Source: Laetmonice hystrix
Taxonomy: Eukaryota
NCBI GenBank assembly: GCA_965235115.1
Contig: OZ249440.1
Span: forward strand, 16,864,001 to 16,928,000
Length of the DNA stretch: 64,000 nt
Direction: 5' to 3'
Numbering within the stretch: the first letter of the stretch is position 1; each line of letters opens with the position of its first letter. Positions 50,401 through 63,017 of the stretch are shown piece after piece. The notes below the pieces were generated by a model. That model searched no databases, was not told the origin of the DNA, and worked only from the letters and a program-made list of their open reading frames with translations. Position numbers and translations under genes: made by a program.

Positions 50401-51079
50401 TGTCCGTCACAGTCCACCGGCCCTGCCGTGCCTCACCTCCCTCCCTCCCACCATCCCGAAATCCAGGCAGGGCCACAGGTGGCAGCACGCCAGGCCCCAC
50501 CCCGTCCCTTCTCCTGACGGATCGCCGGCTTGCCTTACTACGGCACACTCGGCTGGCCAGTCACACGCCCCGGCTCGACGCCCACCCGCTTGTTGCCAAC
50601 TAATGCACCAGTGCACACCTTCATTACGGCCTGACAGTGGCGTATTGGTTGAGAGGCAGCGATCAGCCCCGGCCCTCATTTATCTTCCTCCACCGACCCC
50701 GATGTGTTTTGTTGAGGACTCTCCACGCTGCCGTCCTTAACCACTCCTTGATTCCTGGCCACTTCATCCTGTCGGTATTCAGCGTGCAGTTAGAGGTCAC
50801 CGGCACAGCCTGCGATCCCAGTGCTGACGTCGGCACAAGTCGTGTCTAACGTTTGTAAAACACGATGCAAAAGTCATAGGTGATAATTCCACCTGGACAC
50901 ATGCAATATTAACCATGCCATAACGTCTCACGGCACGGCTCTGGTCCCCGTTTAATATCTACGACCCCCTGTTCAATATCTGATGACCCATGGCTGTGGG
51001 GTCAGGTGCAATGTGTAAACCTTTGCTGGTTACCGAAAGGTCAGCGGCCGGCTATGTTGGATGTGTTTGTGGCGTGTCA

Positions 51080-51600
51080 GGGCTCCATCTGGTGGCAAGG
51101 GGCCAGCAGTAATCTGGGGCATCAGGGTACTGGAGGACGCCAGCCACTGCCAAGAGCAGGGCCTTCAATGGTCGTTCAGCCACCGTCAGGAGTAGGGCTT
51201 TCAATAGTAGCTGACCCATCCTGGGGAAGGCCAACTCCGCGTGGAGCAGCAGCGCTTTCAATGGTGGCGCAGCCACCGACAGGATTAGGACCTTCAACAG
51301 CAAAAGATGCGCCTTGGAGAATACCAGTCCCCACCAGGAGCAGGGCCTCCAATGGTGGCAGATCCACCCTGGACAGTTCCAGTCCCCTCCAGGAGCAGGG
51401 CCTCCAATGATGGCAGACCTACCCTGGACAATACCAGTCCCCACCAGGAGCAGGGCCTCCTATGGTGGCAGATCCAGCCTGGACAGTGCCAGTCCCCTCC
51501 AGGAGCAGGGCCTCCAATGGTGGCAGATCCACCCTAGACAGTTCCAGTCCCCTCCAGGAGCAGGGCCTCCAATGGTGGCAGATCCAGCCTGGAGAACACC
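51080..51600. repeat. 55-bp minisatellite: ~5.5 conserved copies (51310-51600) plus degenerate upstream copies
   Basis: Unit CAGTCCCCTCCAGGAGCAGGGCCTCCAATGGTGGCAGATCCACCCTGGACAGTTC; ORF peptides repeat every 55 aa = 3 units. Confidence 0.95.
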
Positions 51601-54600
51601 ATCTCGAAAGACGACCCCAGTCAGTCTCTTCCTCTCCGCCTGCATCCTTTCCTCCAGAACGCCGGGTTTCTGGGCCTGGCCCCATGAGACCCCGTTCGGA
51701 ATGGCCTCACTCAATAAACCATCGCTGCTACATTAGCTCCTGCCAGATGGAAATATGCAATATCCCATTTCAGGTGCGTTGATAAGCACGCGTGCACCCC
51801 AGGCCTTATCACCGCCAGCGCCTGTCGACATGGCAGAAGAAAGCAGCAGGCAATTCGGAGGCAGCGAGCGAGGACCGAGTACAAATACCAAATGTAACGG
51901 CACAGTGTCTGCGTGACCCCGGGCCGGCGCCGTGTCAGTGGGGCCGAGTTGGCGGTGTGACAAGTCTACCCAATGACTCAATGGTTACCAGCCGAGTCGT
52001 GACAGCTCCAACTGTATCATATCAACAGAGATGCCCTCCCCGACACGCCCGCCGCTCTGCTTACGTTATATATCAGAAAGACTGTGGGGGACGACGCAAT
52101 GAATAGTAATTGTGACCGGCGCAGACCGTTTGTCGCTCCCCGCGGACCAGTTGCGAGTCGCCATACCGACAGATGCGCTGTTAATTTGCCGACCCCCAAC
52201 GAGACACAACCTCTAACCTGCACGGCTATCTGTTTATCCGTTTGCCCATATTGAGGTGTTCAATTCTCGATACTCGTGGATAAACCTTGCAGATGCTGTG
52301 ACTACATGATCACAATGTATATGCCCGTATAAATCATACCACATGCGCTAAGTCTGTTTTATTAATAGTTTCACGTTGTCTACCGTGAAGATATTGACTT
52401 TGACATGTTCCATCCCATATCAATATATCCCATTGTAACTTATCCCACTACAGCGTTCACATCCAGATCAATAATCTTGATATATATTTTAAGATTAGAT
52501 TTTCCACGCCTATTTTAGCTCTCGCATCCACTATTAATTATGTCATTTTCCCTCAGATGTCTTTGATGTGCTTAGTTACAGCAGTACCCCGATCATAAAA
52601 ATACACCTTTCCTCTTCGTAAATAATGCAGGCAGTCGTGACACCAGTAAGGTATTTAGATACATTGATACGCCGACTGTAAGCGGGCTGAAACTTTTTAA
52701 TTCACGGAGCAAGGGCTTTATCCCATATGCTTGCCGTCAACCATTTTTTCCCCTCCAGATTGCCACCCCCATTTCTTCTGTCTGTCACTCAAAATGACGA
52801 AAGGACATACCAGTATCACGTATTAATACGGAACACTCATTGAAATTCTCGCACAGAAATCAATAAGCACCACTAGGGACACATTCATAAGTTATGTAGT
52901 TTTTTGTCTTCCTTCAAATGCGCCAGTTCCCCCGCGCGACTTGTTATCTGGCTGATAATGATGTATTGCCGCAGTGTCAGCTTATTGATGACGTTTCTTA
53001 CTGCATAATGGATAATGGGAATCATAGTGTGGCGAACATACACCCACTCCTTGCATGAGTTTTGTCTGAGTGGAGAATTATCTCTTACTGCCCCCAACCT
53101 CCCATCTCCCTTTCCCACTCCCTCCCCCTACTGGCACCCCATTCGGATTACCCTCTTTTAGAAGCTATGATCACATTATCAATCAATTGTCAGGCTGCCT
53201 TAGTTGCGCCTGTGAGAACCATTTGTTTCTCGTTAATTGTGTTTGTTAGCAATAGGGCGCAGGTCTCCTGGGGTTAGCTGTATACTAATCAGGCCCAGCG
53301 CCAAATCAGGCGGGACAGGCGAACATCTCAGTAGGCGCCACTGGAACCGGCCTAACATCTATACACACACAATGTCCACACAAATAACAATTGTCCTATT
53401 GACAACTGCTCTTAGGTTGCCCTTAGGCTGTCCTTAGGCCAGCTCCCTGGTCTGTGATCTGTCGTCGTTATAGTGAATAACACCCCCTATGGGAATATAA
53501 TGGGGATATATCCCCGAGTTCCCAATTACAGCTCTATATGACCAGCCTCCGGTAAGATCTACTGTACTCTCCAACCTATAACAGGAGCATATCCTGACAA
53601 CATATGCGATACATTTCACAAGTTCTCATGTCATGTCAACACAAAAACATTAAAAATATTTCTAAAAAGCCAACCGCAATAATATAATACCAAGAACATT
53701 TGCATTGGTCTTGTGAGAGCCAATAAACTAATGGAACATTTGCAATCTTCATGCCGACATCGGCAAACAACTAGAAACATTTGTGGTGTCATTTAAACAA
53801 AATTGGAAGATCTGCACTGTTTTGTCGATACTTATAAACAATAGGAACATGTGTATTGTTCTTGTCAATGCCTATAATATCAGGAACAGGACATTGCCTG
53901 GAACCTGAAGAGGCATTTGAATTAGTGTTAATGCCGAGAACTATTTGCACCAAAAGAGAGAAAAGAAATTTGTACCACACACATGTAAATGCCGTCGTCT
54001 CCATGCGAACATTGTTTTCATCCATTGATGAACCAGCGAGGGGAACGAAGAAGAAACGATGAACAGGTGACTTATTAGTCACATGCAACTTTTGGCAATT
54101 TCCTTCGGCTTGATTAAGGAACGGCTCCCGTGGGCTTTCACTTTGGAGATTGGCCTATTTCTTCTACAACGGCCGAGTGAGGATGGCTTGTAATTGCCCC
54201 CCTCCCCACGTGCGTCTGATGGACTAATCTACCGTCTTGCCCTTCAGTCTTCCCTTCCACGGCGAGATCAAAGCGGGCAGGTGGGGTTGTTAATGACAAC
54301 CTGAGCAGGAGGGGTGGGTGAACGTTTCTCGGCCGTGCATGTAGTAGCCAGGAAATGGCTGCCTCCACAATGAGAAGCCCCACTTTACTTGCCCTCGCTG
54401 CGTGTGTACCCACGTACTGACCCCCACCCCCATCCCCGCCCGCACCCACAGACCGACAACGACCACTTAAAATGATGAAGACCACCCACTCCCCAATCTT
54501 ACCCTTCAACACGCACGTCAAGCATCTTACATAATTTAAACATATCAACGAGGCGCAATGTTCTAAACCTCGCTTTAACAGGTCAACATTTAATCCAAAG

Positions 54601-56600
54601 TACGGGGCGGGGGGGGGCTACCTTTGTCAGAGTAAGCGTTCATAAAGTTTCGGGATGTAAAAAGTTTGCGTGGCATTGGTAGAAGCTAGCGGAGTGGCAG
54701 GTCAGGGCCGTGGAAAGCCTCTAAAGTCGGTCGTGTCAAGGGGTTGGGGTGTGTGGGGTGAGGGTAGGGTTCGGTAAGGGTGGCCGTGTGACCGGCTGGG
54801 GACTAAGATAACACCTGCTGTCAATACGTCCCCTGCCCCCTCCCGGGACGGTAAGCCCGGGTCCCCCGGTGTGCCCCAGGAGGGGAGAGGGTCTCACCCC
54901 CTGGACTATTGGTCATCCAGTGGGTGGACAGCGGTCATCCATCTATGCCATCACGTCCGAATGGGTCGGATTTCTTCTGGTCACTCCAATTTGCTGACCC
55001 CTGCAGACGACAAACTCCAAGGGGTGCCCGAATTAGCAGTGGCTTCAACCGACGATGCCCAAAGGTGGCTTCCTTTGACTTCCTCCTGGGTAAAACCATC
55101 GGCAACCAATTGACCAGTGGCTTCCATGTTTAGAAGGCCGTCCTTCCTTACCACACCATCCCTCTTTGCTAGAAAACCTACTATCCTTTATCCAGTTGAA
55201 AGATAAATTATGAACGGAAACATAGCCACGATCTATGTTATGCATCATTATGTGTATGAAAACAATTCGTCCTGGGAAAATGGCATTTGAAACAGGATTC
55301 GTAGACAAGGAACAAATGATGGTCTTGTCATTTCTGGTCGAGGCCGTACGAAGAGAAATCCGACTATGCAACGGAAAGAATCGATCAGAATGACTGGTCC
55401 TTACGATTTACTCAAATAAATTGTAAACAAAACATTGTAAAGACGGATTAGCCATTAAATGGACTGCATCGTCCACAGTTTCACCAGTAAAGGCTTATAC
55501 TTTTCGCTGTAGTTGCATTATCGTTATCCAGTCATACATTCAATATTTATATGCATTAGCATTAATATAAGGAAACAAACATTGAATATCTTCGTCCATA
55601 AAGTAAAAACTGCAAACTCAACATCGCAAAAAAGAGCTGAATATCGTGATAACAGTGGAATAGATCACCCCATAGAATGAAATTTGAAGGTTTCCATGAA
55701 TATTTGAAACTGTACTCCCATATCACGTCAGCAGATAGGGAGATCATGCTGATATCTCTGTTATCTGGTATGCCTGGCTGAGCATTGCGGATGGCTGCGT
55801 GGGCTCGACAAAAAAAGGTGGCTGGAAATCTAATGCTAGTGCTTCTAATGGCGGTGACGGTCTTTCCGGGGTGAAGTTGTAATTATGATTGTGTGTCTGG
55901 TGGGGGTGGGGGGCTGGCCAGTGAGGATCCCACCATAGCGCGGACCCGGTAACAGGTCAGGCAGATGGGACCTGCCACCCTACCCACTCCTCCCGGGAGG
56001 GGGGGGGGGGGCTGAACGTGACAATCACAGTCTTCAGTAGACTTCCCGCCTGCCACAAGAAGTGCTGTTCACTGGATAGACGCTGGGAATGGTGAAAACA
56101 ATTGGACGAGAGGATGGGAGGTTGGATTGGCCGAAGGGTTGGCGCGTGGAGGGGCTGGTACTCCGTCGTCCGGTGCAGCAAGTGTGGCTGATAATGATGA
56201 CGTCTCTAGGCTGACGACTGCAGCCGACCGTGTTGTCGCCGCCGACCGCCTCTTATCACCTTATCGCGTCGGGCCAGCCGCGCTCAAGTGGTGGCAAACT
56301 AAGATAACGAGGCTTGTCTTGCAGACAGTGCCGCCTCTCCCACCCACATACACCCCGACAAATAACATCTCTCGTGTACATCAGAGAGCGGCGCGTCAAG
56401 TCCGCTCACTGCCTACATCTCTCCCTTCCTATGGCTACCGACACGGTATCATGTAAATAATCTAGCAGGGCCAACAAAATACCTTATCCGGTCTCGATGT
56501 TGTATTTTGTAATTACAGCAATTATCATTCATTATTCTCAGCCAGCAATATTTATTTTTATTAATGACGATTCATTACCGTCTGGGTAAACAAGTCAAGT

Positions 56601-56916
56601 CTGGTTGGAATTCCTTGTTTAAAAGCCAGTGGTGCAGTCCGAGTCATGATGTAACCCGAGGAAACGGTCACTTTTCATATACTACTCCTACAGTGGAACT
56701 CGGTGACCAAGCTGTGCCTGACGCTGTCCATGCCGGGTATACGGCCATTACAGGACACAGACCTGGTTGGAATTCCTTGTTTAAAAGCCAGTGGTGCAGT
56801 CCGAGTCATGATGTAACCTGAGGAAACGGTCACTTTTCATATACTACTCATACAGTGCAAGCTGTGCCTGACGCTGTCCATGCCGGGTATACGACCATTA
56901 CAGGACACAGACCTGG
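56601..56916. repeat. Tandem duplication: 162-bp unit followed by a copy with a 12-bp deletion
   Basis: CTGGTTGGAATTCCTTG starts at 56601 and 56763; a third CTGG follows at 56913. Confidence 0.95.
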
Positions 56917-57149
56917 AGTATGCCACACACTGACTACACTATCTCCTCTCGTCCCCTCCGGGAATGTCAAAAAAATCCATTAATGGCAACAGTAGGCGGA
57001 CAATGGTATTTCTGATCGCACTATAAATGAAGGCATCAACTTCTAACCCCGCCTGATTGATGTCCATTGAGTGTTTAATGAAACAATACTGCTGTCGCTC
57101 TGTTCCAGGGGCCACGTGGTCATAAGCCGACGGCCGCGGGACAAGAGAA

Positions 57150-57450
57150 ATCAATATGCCTAATGCACACCTGCCGATTGGTCAATGTCTCCAAAGACAA
57201 TTCCCTCTCCGCACACTGCGACCTCTTCCATTCTCCACCCGTTCTCCTTAGCGTGCCGATCCCTTTATCAAACGACCCACAGTCAACGCAATTTTTCAAC
57301 CCATGTCGGAGCTCTCATTGACCACTACAGAGGGTCACATTCAACGAGCATGAAAACAACTAAGGCCACCGTGAGCTGACTTCCAGCTTTCTCTTGATCC
57401 CGTTTGAAGAGGCTGCTTTTGACTTTGCAGAAATAGAGAGGGGGAGATGG
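57150..57450 (+). mobile_element. Possible LINE EN-RT linker fragment
   Basis: ELSLTTTEGHIQRA*KQLRP loosely resembles the 'EVxKxLxxLKxxKA' linker. Confidence 0.25.
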
Positions 57451-59894
57451 CAGTTTCTCTGCATGCGGTACCATCACCTACCATTATCCTAACTCACGCT
57501 GCTGAAAAATACGAGCCAAGTCAAGGTACGACCTGCACGAGGATGGGTTAACCATTGCAGAGATGACCTCCATTCTTGGTCCTCTAACAATTAAAGAGAG
57601 GGGCCACCCACGGGAATATTAACATCAGTGGTCGGTCGGGGGAGAGATCCTGTAGGATTCCGTCGCCATTATCAACATCACACCCGTCATCTTATATTTA
57701 CGGTTTCTACAACCTCCAGCCCTCCCCGGCCAGCAATCACCATGCGAGCTGTAATAAGCCGCTGTGTTTGGGTAACATTGTCATTACCCACCGAGGCGTC
57801 CTGTTTATGGCGTTGATATACGGCAGTAGACCACCAGGTACCGCGACCTCACCCTAACCGATCATAATCACCTTTTACACGTCTCAGCCAATATAGCCCG
57901 GCGGGCCCGCTCTTTATGGTAGCGGCTGCTCGTGGCTTTAATATAGAGGAACGAATTCAGCCACATCAGGTAGACTGGATGATGGGGTGTACAGTCAACA
58001 GTGACCAGTCAACCGACCACTGTGACACTGTCATACACCCCTGGTCAGTGGTGTATGTTCACAGCAACTGTACCCCCAGCCAGAGTACTTCAGCATTTTT
58101 ATTTCATTTTATTTTTTGGTGGAGGTGGTGTGTGTGTGTGGGGGGGGGGGGGCTGCTTGGAACTCTATAAATTGCAGTCTCAGCTTTACAGCTGCATATA
58201 AATATATATTTGTCATGATTACATAACTTTTTGATAACTGGGCGTAGAATCTGATGACTGGGGAGTGTGAGTCAGGGGGGGATCCATTCGTCCACCAGTA
58301 ATACGAGTAGATTACAGTAACTGCCACTTACGGCCTGTCAGTTACCGTGTCCTAGACGCCACTCCCTCCATTTCAACCTTGACCAAGGACACCTCCACAG
58401 CCGGCCCTGATCATGCATACTAATCACACCTCATGAATATGCATGAAGGCATCTCACCTTAATCAATACGGACCACTGCCACTAAACATGTTCATTATGA
58501 CTCATAAAAAAAAAGAATAATCTCTTCTGTCATTTTTCATATCTTGCCGCACTATCTATGAGCTTGGGAATATATGATGTCCGTATTTTTGCAATAACTT
58601 CCTGAGCACACCGAATAGCTTTGCAGTAGTCCTGCTGAGGGGGCTGCCATCCTCCCTCGTACCACAGCCAGCAGCTCAACCTCACCATTGCACCATGCCT
58701 GGGCCTGATGCCTCCCATCTTTTCATGCCCTTACACCATGCCCCCTTTCTCTGCATCCAATATAATGGATCACTAGCCCTGCCAAGGCAGGAGCCCTGCC
58801 AAGGTCCCCGCCAATTGGCGTGCGCATGCTCGATGGCCCTCGGGTCATGCGTTCCCCTGACCTGACCTCATATTTATCCTTATGTTTATCATGCTTGGAC
58901 GGACTAATACAACGAAAAAAGATAACCGCAAACAAAAATAGCGGTCCCAAAATTAGGAGGGTGCTTTGAAATCTGACGTAATTTCCCTAATTGAGTCCAA
59001 TTGGCGAGTAGTTTCTGGGCCTAATTACGCTAACGAGCTCTGGCGACGAGGACCAGGAAGGAGCAGCGAACGTTTTATGATCAATGTGGGTGGTAAATCC
59101 TCGGCACAAGTTCATGATTTGTTTCCACACTAGACCTCAGTCCAGATTAAATCTGTGCACTTCCCCCGCTGTTATAACTCGGTCGATGTTAAACCTGTTG
59201 CTGAAAACGCCGGAATGGGATCTGCTGTGTCGTATACCGATAATAGGCGTCATTCTGTATATCTGTGAGAACTTACACTATCTTCGCTCTTCTTCTATCT
59301 ATATCATTGTCGTACTGCAACATTCTCACTTTTATATACATGTACTCGGATACTCTGCAAGGACATCTGGAGTTGAAGATATACGAACTAGACTGATATT
59401 ACAACGGTTGAGAGCTTATATTTTTGAAATATTACAAGTAAAGTTGACTTTACTGAGACTTTCACTGGTGGTTATGAAGACCTGCATGTATGGAAAGGTT
59501 ACGCCGTCGCCTTATAGCCTGTGGTTAAGTAGCACTATATTGCCGAAGACAAAAGCTTCAATAAGATTGAAGAAAACTTGATCTGTTATTCCTCAACCTA
59601 TCTACTGCTCATTGCCATTAAAAACCCCCAACTTTCATTGCTTTACGATGCAATTAATTAAATTTTCTACATTCTGCTGTTCATGATATAGAATTACATA
59701 AAGCAGTTGAGAGAGACCATGGAATCGTAATAACATCATGCACAACCACTCAAATACTTCAAGCCTTTTTGAATGCGTGATTAAAAAAAGACAACTGAAT
59801 GAAGCTTTAATCATATCAGGTACTCCGTTAAAATCTCATCGACCCAGCACACAGTTCAAGTGACAACAATCAGAAACAATTCAATGGCTGCAAG

Positions 59895-59908
59895 TTGCCC
59901 TCTAGCGG
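59895..59908 (-). promoter_or_regulatory. CTCF-like motif in intron A-B
   Basis: Reverse complement CCGCTAGAGGGCAA (12/14). Confidence 0.35.
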
Positions 59909-59984
59909 TTGTTCTTCACATCCAGCCCGCTCATCATCACCCAGCAGGCATTGGTCGTAACTATACTCTGCCCTACCCACTGAA

Positions 59985-60250
59985 TGGGTGACGTAAATTA
60001 GCCCTGTCCTACAAAGTGAGTGTGACGTAGTTTAAGCCTCCCACTTCCTCCCACTTAGTGTGGCGTAGTTCATCTCTGTCCTATACACTCAGTGTGACGT
60101 AGTTTAACCTGTCACACTTAGTGTGGCGTAGTTCAACCCTGTCCTATACACTCAGTGTGACGTATAGCTAAACATGTCCCACTTAGTGTGGCGTAGTTCA
60201 ACCCTTCCCACTTAGTCTGACGTACTAGTTTAATCCTGCCCTACACACTC
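59985..60250. repeat. Degenerate ~30-bp tandem repeat with alternating monomers (~63-bp dimer)
   Basis: Alternating GTGTGACGTAGTTTAA... and GTGTGGCGTAGTTCAA... monomers ending CACTTA or CACTCA. Confidence 0.85.
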
Positions 60251-60879
60251 AGATTGGGACGTGGAGTTGTCCCAGCTGTCGTACCCACTAAGCCTGGTGT
60301 TGTTTAAGAACCAGTCGTTTCATCATGCACTATAATACATTGAAAGGTTTCCTTCATTGCTGCCTCAGACTGACTCAGAGTTAGTCGTCCATCCTCCCTT
60401 TCTTTCAAGGTGACTAAGGTACCTTGATGCACCCCACGCACTACCGCCCTCTAACGAGTATTTCAAAGACTATCTCCCTCGCGTTATTATCCAACTCAAT
60501 GTCTGGGCCGACTATTGACATGAAGAAACACAAGTTTCTCCCCGCATTTTTTCGCGTGGCTCATCGGAGTGCACGGACGCGCTCGTCCTGTATCTGACGG
60601 GGCAATCTGTATGCTCCCTGACAGGCTGCGGCCTCGCCAGTTCTGGTCGGATTCGATTTTCACAGATATTCATTCCTTCAGATGATGTTAGAAATGTCTT
60701 CCCGCTGAGCCAGACTCGTCAATATCCTAGTGTACTTACCATGTCACTGCTCCTCCGTCTGACGGCCGAGCTCAATACACCGAGACTAAATTTGTTTGGT
60801 CTAGAAAAATCTACAGCATTCGTGGGTGCCCACTTACACAACTATGGACCATGAATGTAGCTACTGACTGCAGCCTTGA

Positions 60880-60932
60880 GTCTACAACTATAGACTGCAG
60901 CCATGAACTACAACTATAGACTGAAGCCATGG
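60880..60932. repeat. Short ~26-bp tandem (CTACAACTATAGACTGCAGCC-like)
   Basis: Two near-exact copies plus a degenerate one. Confidence 0.75.
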
Positions 60933-61024
60933 AATGCCGCTTCAGACCGTGGTTATGGTACCGTCATAGATTATGACCATGGCCTGAAACCATTGACCAC
61001 ACCAATATATTGGATTCTTGCACA

Positions 61025-61209
61025 AGGGTGGATACGGGGGGGGGGCGTCCAGGGGTCCTGACACCCTTTTAAGCCACAATTTCTTTTTCTAATACATTAA
61101 CCTTACAGTACGCCGTATCCCTTTTTACATTTTTACCATATTTTGTATAGTTTTCCATGTTGCACATCCACCCCTTATGCACAGACTTTTAAAAATGTTG
61201 GATCCGCCA
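61025..61209. mobile_element. Possible MITE with GGYGGATMC-type termini
   Basis: Left GGGTGGATAC, right GGATCCGCC (reverse complement GGCGGATCC); imperfect match. Confidence 0.3.
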
Positions 61210-61439
61210 TCCGAGGTAGGAGGCTCATGTCAAAGGTTGTCAGTAGGAACATGCCTTCCACGGGTGGACCTTTGTAATCTAATCTTATCTGAAATTCTTC
61301 CGTTACGACTCGACAAATGAAGGCACGAGTCCAATTCTAGTGGACAACCTGACGGGAGACCCGCAATGTGAGGGATCCTCGGGGGAGTCTATAGAAACTT
61401 CGGGGAAAGAATGGTCGATCTACTGCTTTCCTGAGAGGG

Positions 61440-61680
61440 CGAGGGATCTTAAGGCTTGAATATTAGGCCCGTGAAGACCATTTCTGCAATTCCTACGCCC
61501 CTACTAGGGCTAGAATGGGAAGGGCCACCTCCAGATTTGCCTCTGCCAACAATGCCTCTGGTACAGGCTCACATACCACTATACTGTGACGTTCAAAAGT
61601 TGTGCGCACAGTCCTCATTAAGAGTTCATAAACCGTTAATATTTCTACTTGGGCAACATTTTCCCCGAACACACCAGAGA
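61440..61680 (+). mobile_element. Decayed RTE-type RT C-terminal fragment
   Basis: GLNIRPVKT (~GLxISxxKT) and RMGRATSRF (~RIGKAxxAF). Confidence 0.4.
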
Positions 61681-62837
61681 TGCGATAAAACAGCCTAAGT
61701 ATCACTAAAGTAAAAATTCCATTTAACACTTAACGCTACACTCAGGTAATTAACAGATAAAAAATTCAATTTATTTGTTGTTATTAAAGTGCCGTAAATT
61801 ACCTGAATCCTATTGGGAATGATCAATCGCGGCTTCAATCAAATGGATCAACTTGACATGCATTTTCAAGCTTGAAAATAAATGTCTTTGTTTTTTATTC
61901 CTATCCATGACTTACGAACCGGGGATCTCACTGAGATGCACTATTCTAATACCAGGGACGATTGGGTTCACATTTAATTCCATTTTATGGTCTCTGATAT
62001 CCTAGCAAAGATGATGAGTGGTCATCAGAATTCAGACAGAAACCGAAAAAGGCGTGATTGAGAGGGAAAGAATTATCAGGATTGGTGCACGAGAAAAAAA
62101 GATGGATTTCATACTGTAAAGGCCATCGGCGACAGCCCATTCTGGCCTGAAAAATAACTTCTCATAAATGGTCATTTTTATCGCTCATTATCATGAGCCT
62201 TGTTTTCTTTTTGAACTGATTCAACTTTCCAATTGGACTAAAGAAGTTCGGAAGACTTTTTCTCTCCACCCATGCCACTGTGTCATGCATACTACATGCA
62301 TCCTATTTATCACATGTGACAGGTGAATTTCAAATGAACCTCACATTAAAACAGAAAATCACATTACAAAGAGCTTCGAAGTTATTTGCCTACCATTCTT
62401 TTTCACTGCACGGACTTCACTTCTGATTAAGATAAGAGAGCCTGACTAATTTGAGTAACTCACAAAATCTTCCGTGAATTACAGACTTTGGCATTAATGT
62501 TGTCTGCAACAGCGGAGGCCACTAACTGTGCATTCGTAGTAAACAGACACAACTCACTCTGGCTGCTGCGCCTACCCCCTCCCACCGTAAATACCCTCCT
62601 ACACCGCCCCCTCACAACCAGCCTAAGCCAGCTTGGACAGCACCAAGTCTCGCAGAATCCCGCTTGTGACAAAACCCTTGCATCAGCTTACCAATGTCAC
62701 CTATCCGTACTCATCAGTGGAAAGCTTCATTTCTTTCTCTTTTCTTTCCTTACTTTCATTCTCTTTTTTTTTTCTTTTTTTTTTTTTGCCAAGCATCCGA
62801 TTTAGTTTGCCCTAAGCCAGACATTTATAACACCTAC

Positions 62838-63017
62838 CTTCATCTATATCAGGTGGTAAGCCTCCTACAAAGACCTTGCGTGAGTAGCGCTCGATTCGTT
62901 CTATTCCTGACTGTGAGCTAGGCGACCCCCGCGATGGCGAGCTCATGTTGGGCACCGTCTGGTCGCAGCCCTCCTCCTGGTAGTGGCCGTCGTCTGCGTA
63001 CCCGAAAGGCGACTTCC
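62838..63017 (-). CDS. orb2: CPEB2/3/4 (Orb2-like) exon A: Ser/Pro-rich linker and start of RRM1 (GKSPFGY...ERYSRKVFVGGLPPDIDE)
   Basis: Minus strand: acceptor ATGTGTTTTCCAG, 180 nt, donor G|GTAGGT. RYSRKVFVGGLPPDIDE is the RRM1 start of CPEB2-4/Orb2. Phase 1 at both ends. Confidence 0.95.

Noticed and set aside
54740-54780. G-quadruplex-like tract on the plus strand
   Set aside because: Antisense to the pre-mRNA, and G/C runs are abundant throughout the window.
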